A stretch of DNA of 64,000 nt from NCBI GenBank assembly GCA_964412165.1, contig CAYPMW010000003.1, positions 10,338 through 74,337 of the forward strand, given 5' to 3'. The stretch is from an uncultured Gammaproteobacteria bacterium (GTDB lineage: Bacteria; Patescibacteriota; Microgenomatia; UBA10105). The notes under the pieces were generated by a model. It was not told where the DNA came from, searched no databases, and saw nothing but the letters and a program-made list of their open reading frames with translations. The first letter of the stretch is position 1, and every line of letters starts with the position of its first letter. Of this stretch, positions 57,911-64,000 are shown piece by piece. Position numbers and translations under genes: made by a program.

Positions 57911-58714
57911 ATGAGTAGAGAAATAATCAGTTCCATACCCGCTAGTCTAATAGATTTACCTGGACAAGAATTTAAAGTATATTTATCCGGTGCTCCGCTC
58001 GTAGAATTGGCTCGTTTAGTTCTGGATAGAAGATTGATAGACACATACCCATTCTCACCCGCAAAACAGGCTAAATATCGCCTCAGAACTGGGCAACTTC
58101 ATGATCGCATAATGCAAATACTAGGTGAAAAAGGAATTGTATTGGACTTGCCTGATACTCCAGCACCGGAACCAATAGTGAAAGAACATGCTGAAGAAGC
58201 TATGATGGATTTGCAGTCTTACCCCTCATCAAGTTTAGTTGCTGGATTAACACTAGCTGCAATTGTGTTACCGGAGGGTGAACGGAAAATACCTCACGCC
58301 TCAAGCAGTGCTCATACGGAACGATACGAACCAGTGGGAGTATCTAAAAATCATGTCTTCATATCCCCCACTGGGATAATTCGGCATTCTGACGGTCTCA
58401 CCCTAAACGTCTATAGCCTCAACATGGTCGACTCAGGCGAAGTAATAGTTAACAAAGGAAGACTCATCCAGATGCTTCATGGGGATTCTGTCCATACGAC
58501 AGAATATAAACCAATTTCTTTCGTCGCACGCGGCCAAGACGGCAAATTCCATGTTGATCTTGGGCAAATCCATACATGGAGCCTCACCGAGCTTGGTGAA
58601 TTTGTACTCCCCCTGGTGATTGATCCATGTGTGATGGTCGAGTTTTTAGGACTTGGAGGCGCGCTGCATATCAATCGAGATCTTTTAGCGGAAGTAAAAA
58701 AAATAGTCCGCTGA
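57911..58714 (+). CDS. Hypothetical protein (267 aa)
   Basis: Intact ORF with no recognisable motif. Confidence 0.45.
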   Translation: MSREIISSIPASLIDLPGQEFKVYLSGAPLVELARLVLDRRLIDTYPFSPAKQAKYRLRTGQLHDRIMQILGEKGIVLDLPDTPAPEPIVKEHAEEAMMDLQSYPSSSLVAGLTLAAIVLPEGERKIPHASSSAHTERYEPVGVSKNHVFISPTGIIRHSDGLTLNVYSLNMVDSGEVIVNKGRLIQMLHGDSVHTTEYKPISFVARGQDGKFHVDLGQIHTWSLTELGEFVLPLVIDPCVMVEFLGLGGALHINRDLLAEVKKIVR

Positions 58715-58716
58715 AT

Positions 58717-59304
58717 TCAGGGGATTTTCAAAACTCTCATAGTATCAATAATTTTTTGCCGATGCGCTTCAATACTTTCTCTACCCTCAACCAATGCATC
58801 TTGACATCTATCAAGATATTTCAATGCCTCAGCTGCATAGTGTCGAAGTCCAATTTCGCTAATCACAATACTATCACTGCCTGAAATCATAAGTATAGTC
58901 CCCTTTTTGTGGATTCCGTGTGTATGAAAGAAGCGCAATTGAGGCGTATTTTCTACAAGTTTGTTTTCGAGATGTTCATCTTGCCTAACTAATTGTAATC
59001 CAGGATCCTCAGTAAATGGATACCATTCGTATTGCATCAGGACAAATTCCCGCGCTCCGGGAGTTGGTGAGGTCAAAATTGAACTTTTTTCTATCTTCCA
59101 GCCGTATAATCTTTTGCGCCTACGTATTATTGTGAGTGGCGTAGGCAGAAGATCTCTGGGCTTTATCAAATGATCTATTTTAAGCTCTTTCAACAGTAAA
59201 CTTAATTCCATCTCCGGTGAGGTTGGTTCAGATGACTGTGCATCACTATTGTCAATATTCACACGCTTCCGGAATCTTCGGATGAAACTTTCGGGAGAAG
59301 CCAT
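58717..59304 (-). CDS. Hypothetical protein (195 aa)
   Basis: Intact ORF with no recognisable motif. Confidence 0.45.
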   Translation of the reverse strand: MASPESFIRRFRKRVNIDNSDAQSSEPTSPEMELSLLLKELKIDHLIKPRDLLPTPLTIIRRRKRLYGWKIEKSSILTSPTPGAREFVLMQYEWYPFTEDPGLQLVRQDEHLENKLVENTPQLRFFHTHGIHKKGTILMISGSDSIVISEIGLRHYAAEALKYLDRCQDALVEGRESIEAHRQKIIDTMRVLKIP

Positions 59305-59328
59305 GTTTTTTTACTCTCTGGCACAGAG

Positions 59329-60420
59329 TCAACCTTTAAAATACCGAACCAGGTCATTCGCTGTCACTAAAGCAATAAAGACCAGCAGAAGTATCATGCC
59401 AATTTGATGGGCTAAGCGTTCAGCTTTCGGCTGTATCCTGTGTCCGATAAATTTCTCAAATACGACGAACATGAGCCGTCCGCCATCAAGCGCCGGAATT
59501 GGTAGGAGATTGAATATCGCTAAATTTATTGACAAAAGTCCTGTTAAATTCAACACCTCCACTAGACCACCTTGTTTGACTGCTACATCAGTTGCTTTGT
59601 AAATAGCTATTGGTCCACCGACTTCAAGGCGGGTAAATTGAAACGTCACGAGTTGGTAAAGTAAGTTAACGAGCGCTTTTAGGATCAAAAACGAAAACCC
59701 GATCGCCCACATGAGTCCTTCAATCGGTGCTTTGTACCACGGGTATTGGACTTCGCGCACCGCGGTAGATATACGCACCCCCAGTGGACCTTGATCAGCC
59801 GGAGGATTCTGTCGCGGTGTGATTTTGATTTGAATTGTGTCTACACCTTTTTCGACAGTCCTCTTGACAGTCAAAATCACTGTCTTCCCTCTTTCTTGTG
59901 CTATAGCGTCTATAAGCATTTGTGACTCGATAATATCGCGGTTATTTACTCTCACAATAACATCGCCCACACGAAGTTCAGATACTTCAGCTGGCGACTG
60001 AGCCATAATTTCGTCGATCCTCACTCCCTCAGGCACTGCCACACCACGGGTAAATATATATGAAATGATGGCCACTCCAAGGATGAAATTCATTAGTACT
60101 CCGGCAAGCAGTACTACTGCCCGTTCTTTTTTGGATCTGGCAAAAAAATACCGCTTGAGACTTTCTCCTACCTTTTTGGTACTAGACTCTTCTTCGACAT
60201 CTTCACCCAAAAGCCGCACAAATCCGCCGATCGGCAATAAGTTGATTGAATAGATAGTTTCCCCGATTTTTTTACCCCACACACGCGGTGGTAATCCAAA
60301 CCCGAATTCTTCTACTTTGATACCCAATTTCTTGGCCACAATAAAATGACCAAATTCATGGACAAATACCAATATGGAAAGGACCAGGAAAAATACTAGA
60401 AGTGTAGGTACACCAAACAT
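59329..60420 (-). CDS. rseP: RIP (site-2) zinc metalloprotease RseP, M50 family, with a PDZ domain
   Basis: HEFGHFIVAKK (HExxH), PDZ (..VGDVIVRVNN..) and the ..LLPIPALDGGRL.. LDG motif. Confidence 0.85.
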   Translation of the reverse strand: MFGVPTLLVFFLVLSILVFVHEFGHFIVAKKLGIKVEEFGFGLPPRVWGKKIGETIYSINLLPIGGFVRLLGEDVEEESSTKKVGESLKRYFFARSKKERAVVLLAGVLMNFILGVAIISYIFTRGVAVPEGVRIDEIMAQSPAEVSELRVGDVIVRVNNRDIIESQMLIDAIAQERGKTVILTVKRTVEKGVDTIQIKITPRQNPPADQGPLGVRISTAVREVQYPWYKAPIEGLMWAIGFSFLILKALVNLLYQLVTFQFTRLEVGGPIAIYKATDVAVKQGGLVEVLNLTGLLSINLAIFNLLPIPALDGGRLMFVVFEKFIGHRIQPKAERLAHQIGMILLLVFIALVTANDLVRYFKG

Positions 60421-60533
60421 ATCACTTAATTATCCAACATCTAGTTTAAAAAATAAAGTCACAGAAATGACGTTTTCATTCATAAAATAGGGACTGTTTA
60501 ATGTGAGTGATTTTGATAAACCAAGTACCGTGG

Positions 60534-61097
60534 TTATATTTGTAGAAGCTCCTGTTCTTTTTTATCACCAAGCTCTTCAAGTTGGTCAACCATTTCATCA
60601 GTCACGTCCTGAATCTTTTTTTCAAAACGCTTTTTGTCATCTTCAGTAAATTCCTTAGCTTCATAAGCACGTTTGAGATCAGCCATTTTTTCGTGACGGA
60701 TTTGCCGGATCATGACTTTACCTGCTTCAAGTTTAGCTTTAGCTAGTTTAAGGTATTCTTGGCGTCTCTCCTCAGATAATGGCGGAATTGAAATGCGGAT
60801 ATTTTCATTATCTGTTACTGGCGTGAACCCGATATTTGCCTCCATGATCCCCCTGACAATATCCTCTTTGGTAGACGGGTCATAAGGGTGAATAAGTAGC
60901 GTCTTTGCGTCACTTGAGGTGATGGTAGCAAGCTCTCTAAGCTTGAGTTTGGTTGAGCCACCATAAGTCAGAATCTCTATATATTCAACTAATTGAGGAG
61001 TCGCTCTTCCCGTCCGAACCGAACCCAAATCATTTTTAGTCACTCCAAACGCTTTCTGCATCTGCAATCGGAGCTCGCTAATCAACTGATCATCCAT
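60534..61097 (-). CDS. frr: Ribosome recycling factor
   Basis: The full length matches the RRF pattern (..RTGRATPQLVEYIEI..IRISIPPLSEERRQEY..). Confidence 0.9.
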   Translation of the reverse strand: MDDQLISELRLQMQKAFGVTKNDLGSVRTGRATPQLVEYIEILTYGGSTKLKLRELATITSSDAKTLLIHPYDPSTKEDIVRGIMEANIGFTPVTDNENIRISIPPLSEERRQEYLKLAKAKLEAGKVMIRQIRHEKMADLKRAYEAKEFTEDDKKRFEKKIQDVTDEMVDQLEELGDKKEQELLQI

Positions 61098-61219
61098 TTA
61101 TTTTATTATAGCGTGATTTAATTTTTATGCAAATCGCGTATTGACAAGATTTTCAATCATACATTGTGCGTAAGTTTAAATACAGTGATTGCATCAATGA
61201 AGTTATTAAACCAAGCTGG

Positions 61220-61675
61220 TTAATCCACGCCGAGCACGAATCGACTAAAACGGGTGACGCGAATATTTTCGCCAAGTTTATAAGTCGCTTCTTTAACTAG
61301 ATCCTTGACTGTCACTTTGGGATCGCGGATATAAGGTTGTTTCAGAAGTTCTTCAACATTTTTCGGGTTCATCGCTGATACCTGCATGGCAAGTTCATGT
61401 GCCAGTTTTCTGAAATCTTCGGTTCTTGCGACAAAGTCGGTTTCGCAGTTGACTTCGACTAATACCCCAATCTTTCCTCCTGCGTGAACGTATGATTCTA
61501 CGATTCCCTGGGCCGTTTCGCGTTCCGCTTTTTTGGCCGCCTTTTCAATCCCTTTATCTTTCAGGAAACTTTGGGCTTTGGCTATGTCGCCGCCGGATCT
61601 TTCAAGCGCTTCACGGCATTCGGCAATACCGGCGCCAGTCAGTTCTCTGAGTTTTTTGATTTTTTCGATATCCAT
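61220..61675 (-). CDS. tsf: Elongation factor Ts (short form)
   Basis: UBA-like N-terminus IKKLRELTGAGIAECREAL and the dimerisation core ..GKIGVLVEVNCETDFVAR... The longest ORF starts two codons earlier, at 61681. Confidence 0.85.
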   Translation of the reverse strand: MDIEKIKKLRELTGAGIAECREALERSGGDIAKAQSFLKDKGIEKAAKKAERETAQGIVESYVHAGGKIGVLVEVNCETDFVARTEDFRKLAHELAMQVSAMNPKNVEELLKQPYIRDPKVTVKDLVKEATYKLGENIRVTRFSRFVLGVD

Positions 61676-61683
61676 AACCATTT

Positions 61684-62568
61684 TTAAACAGCTGTTTTGA
61701 TTTTTTCAACTGTTTCTTTTTTCATTGTTGGTTTCCTTGTCTTCTTATTTAGCGCATCTCCCTTTTTATCCTTTACTTCTTTGGGTTTTACTGGTTTTAC
61801 CGTATCAATTTTCACTTGCGTCTCGATGGATTCCACCTGGGTGGGTGCCCCTTTTTCCTTATCTTTCGCCGCCTGATTTTTTTCAGCCTGTAGTTTACCT
61901 TCATGACACGCATCCGCAAGATAAGAAACCAACAACTTGATTGACCCCACCGCATCATCATTGGCGGGTATGGGATAGGAAATCGGCGTTGGATCTGAAT
62001 TTGTATCAACTATAGCGATAACGGGAATATTCATTTTTACTGCTTCATTAACTGCTACTTTTTCACGGTTGATATCAACCACAACGATCGCATCGGGAAG
62101 GGCAGTAATATTTGCTACTCCTCCGTAAAATTCATGAAGACGCCTTAAATACCGCATAAGTTTGATCCTCTCATGTTTCGGGTATTTCTTCCAGGCTCCG
62201 CTTTTTTCCTCTTCTTCGAGCCGCCTGATTTTTTCCAAATTTTTTCGCACTTGCTCCCAATTGGTGAAAAATCCTCCAATCCAGCGATGTGAGATAAATG
62301 GCACGCCAACGCGAACTGATTCTTCCTTTATTACACTTGAAGCCTGACGTTTGGTACCTAAAAACAATACCATACCGCCCTTGAGTGTCAGAGCTTTCAC
62401 AAATTGGGCAGCTCTGGTAAGACCCGCTTTCGTCTGAGCAAGGTCAATAACATGAATTCCTTCACGCGCCTGGTAAATAAAAGGCGAAGCCTTGGGATGC
62501 CACCGGTCTACTTTGTGTCCAAAATGGCAACCTGCTTCAAGTAGTGCTTTAAGTGCTATCTCATCCAT
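61684..62568 (-). CDS. rpsB: 30S ribosomal protein S2 with a Lys-rich C-terminal extension
   Basis: ..LLEAGCHFGHKVDRWHPK.. S2 N-terminus. The start is taken at ATG 62568 (MDEIALK..); the ORF-track start at 62583 is a TTG lying inside the upstream hairpin. Confidence 0.85.
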   Translation of the reverse strand: MDEIALKALLEAGCHFGHKVDRWHPKASPFIYQAREGIHVIDLAQTKAGLTRAAQFVKALTLKGGMVLFLGTKRQASSVIKEESVRVGVPFISHRWIGGFFTNWEQVRKNLEKIRRLEEEEKSGAWKKYPKHERIKLMRYLRRLHEFYGGVANITALPDAIVVVDINREKVAVNEAVKMNIPVIAIVDTNSDPTPISYPIPANDDAVGSIKLLVSYLADACHEGKLQAEKNQAAKDKEKGAPTQVESIETQVKIDTVKPVKPKEVKDKKGDALNKKTRKPTMKKETVEKIKTAV

Positions 62569-62606
62569 AAAAAAACGCACCAATACGCCGGTGCATCATG
62601 GCGTAT
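62569..62606 (-). promoter_or_regulatory. rpsB leader: terminator hairpin (GCACC-N8-GGTGC followed by a U7 tract) abutting the start codon, overlapped by an alternative hairpin (ATACGCC-N10-GGCGTAT); putative attenuator
   Basis: Minus-strand reading: ..ATACGCCATGATGCACCGGCGTATTGGTGCGTTTTTTTATGGATGAG... The two stems share nucleotides 62583-62594, so they are mutually exclusive. The U-tract runs directly into the rpsB AUG. Confidence 0.45.
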
Positions 62607-62828
62607 CTCTTTGGTCCTCCACTCAGATAATCCATGTTACTCATGGACAAGAGATACTGTCTAAGTGTGAGTAGTACCGTTATTATATCGCAAACTCGTA
62701 AATTCTCAAGTAGAGGCTTGTGTACTATTGAGTTTATTAAGTCGTGATCTGTGAAAACATGAGAGTACTAAAAATTTTAGGAGTCGGGAGTAACAATTGA
62801 ACGACTTCGCTTAAATCGCAATGTTATA

Positions 62829-64000
62829 TTAGTAATAATCAATGACTAACTCTGGGAAGCTCCCCTTGGCATCTTTGGAAAAGTATTCTGCATTGTTATT
62901 TACATCAGTCTTAACGACAAATGTATATAAGTTTTCACTTGATTTGACAACATTCGACACATCCCAGGCATACCAATTACCGTTATGTACATCCTTTACT
63001 GTATCTAATTTCGATCCATCAATAGTTGGCTGGGTTTTCCAAGTGATCTCATTTTCCTTCCACCCATCAACCGAAGTGTAAAACATGTCTCCGCCTTTAG
63101 AGCTGGAATTTGAATTGTACATCCTCACCTTTGCACTTTTAATTTGGGTGGGCATGGAGTCGATTTTAAACTTCATCCAAATAAATCTTGTAGGACTGTT
63201 GTCTACAGTAAGCACAGTACTTACGCCAAAATTATCATTTGGTTTGTCCTTGTCTGTAAAGCTATCGTGATTTGGATTTACCCTGAGAGTCTTAAGCTGA
63301 GGAGTAGGAGTCGGGGTAGGTTTTGGAGTCGGACTTGGATTGGGTATCGATGTTGGAGTAGGCTTGAGAGACGGTTTAGGCGTCTGGGTAGGTGTCGGAG
63401 AAGGTCTAATTAACGCCGTTGGTGTGGGTGACATTCTCACACTAGGTGAAGGTGATCCGGTTTTGTTTCCATCATTCCTGATTTTTGGATCTGTATCATT
63501 TAAAAATTCTTCGACATTTAAGTACCCGTCGCCGTCGGCATCGGTAAATCCATCTGCGGCATTACTTGGAGAAAATCCATACTGCTTTTCAAAGTCGTCA
63601 GACATGCCGTCTTTGTCTGTATCGGTATAGGGAAATCCGCCTGATAGATTTGGCCAGCCACCAACGTCATTTGGCGAATCAATAATGACTCCCTGACCAG
63701 TACTTACATTGGAGATCAACCGGTTATCAACTGAGTCAAGCTTAGGTAGCGTCGCACCGACTTTTTTCTGATTGATTAATTCGTCATATGCAGTTTGTGC
63801 ACTCTTCACATATGAGGCTTCAAGCATTGGCGTATACGGATCAGCTTTAGTACTGATGCCACCGCAGAATTGAGTCATTCCCTGATCAAGATCCTCATCA
63901 TTTATATAGACTGGTTTATTAGTGGCTGGATCATAAGGGTTGGATCTGAAAGCACAATCAGTTTTGGAAGCTTTACCTTTCTTCCAGGTATTTCCCAGCA
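62829..64000 (-). CDS. Secreted protein with thrombospondin-type-3-like Ca-binding repeats ([19 protein letters not shown]), a Pro/Thr-rich linker and a C-terminal beta-rich domain; 5' end lies beyond the window
   Basis: The reading frame stays open upstream of the listed Met (..[18 protein letters not shown]..) up to the window edge. There is a PTPTPT-type linker of ~60 aa. Confidence 0.55.
   Translation of the reverse strand, partial: LGNTWKKGKASKTDCAFRSNPYDPATNKPVYINDEDLDQGMTQFCGGISTKADPYTPMLEASYVKSAQTAYDELINQKKVGATLPKLDSVDNRLISNVSTGQGVIIDSPNDVGGWPNLSGGFPYTDTDKDGMSDDFEKQYGFSPSNAADGFTDADGDGYLNVEEFLNDTDPKIRNDGNKTGSPSPSVRMSPTPTALIRPSPTPTQTPKPSLKPTPTSIPNPSPTPKPTPTPTPQLKTLRVNPNHDSFTDKDKPNDNFGVSTVLTVDNSPTRFIWMKFKIDSMPTQIKSAKVRMYNSNSSSKGGDMFYTSVDGWKENEITWKTQPTIDGSKLDTVKDVHNGNWYAWDVSNVVKSSENLYTFVVKTDVNNNAEYFSKDAKGSFPELVIDYY

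Noticed and set aside
1-64000. Possibility of an alternative genetic code (UGA recoded), as in some CPR lineages
   Set aside because: Long conserved genes (hisS, pilB, proS, cysS, dnaX) are intact under the standard bacterial code with no in-frame UGA required, so code 11 is adequate.
1-64000. CRISPR arrays or rRNA genes
   Set aside because: No regularly spaced direct repeats and no rRNA-like conserved stretches were seen anywhere in the window.

Overview
This window is low-GC, gene-dense and mostly minus-strand coding. Its content is consistent with a reduced-genome bacterium of the CPR/Patescibacteria type, but that placement is an inference from gene content. The housekeeping backbone includes hisS, rpmE, a release factor, the rpsF-ssb-rpsR operon, ychF, thyA-folA, msrB, a sigma-70 factor, cysS, recR, prs, dnaX-ybaB, ybeY, rpsU, proS, rseP and the frr-tsf-rpsB cluster. 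Interleaved with this are several accessory blocks. (1) An 11-gene type IV pilus locus on the minus strand (~22.3-32.9 kb) with a histidine kinase / response regulator pair directly upstream of it. It carries two tandem major-pilin paralogs, a PilM-like protein with a C-terminal LytR_C-like domain, three pseudopilins, a 505-aa prepilin fused to an LVIVD-type beta-propeller, PilC and PilB. (2) A Y1/HUH (IS200-like, RAYT-type) transposase flanked by CACACCGGGTGTG-type REP hairpins, next to a degenerate tRNA-Gly(CCC)-like element. (3) Two GC-rich, hairpin-dense non-coding blocks (17.2-17.4 kb and 56.4-56.6 kb) that look like unclassified structured RNAs. The second sits inside a ~3.5 kb island of four unrecognisable ORFs wedged between proS and rseP. 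Individual gene oddities include an RF1 homolog that naturally lacks domain 1, a proS whose conserved N-terminus is encoded upstream of the first AUG/GUG, a terminator/antiterminator pair abutting the rpsB start codon, and a repeated TATACCC-N20-GGGTATA inverted-repeat pair. No rRNA or CRISPR array was seen. All functional calls come from remembered family motifs read by eye in the ORF translations; no searches were run.
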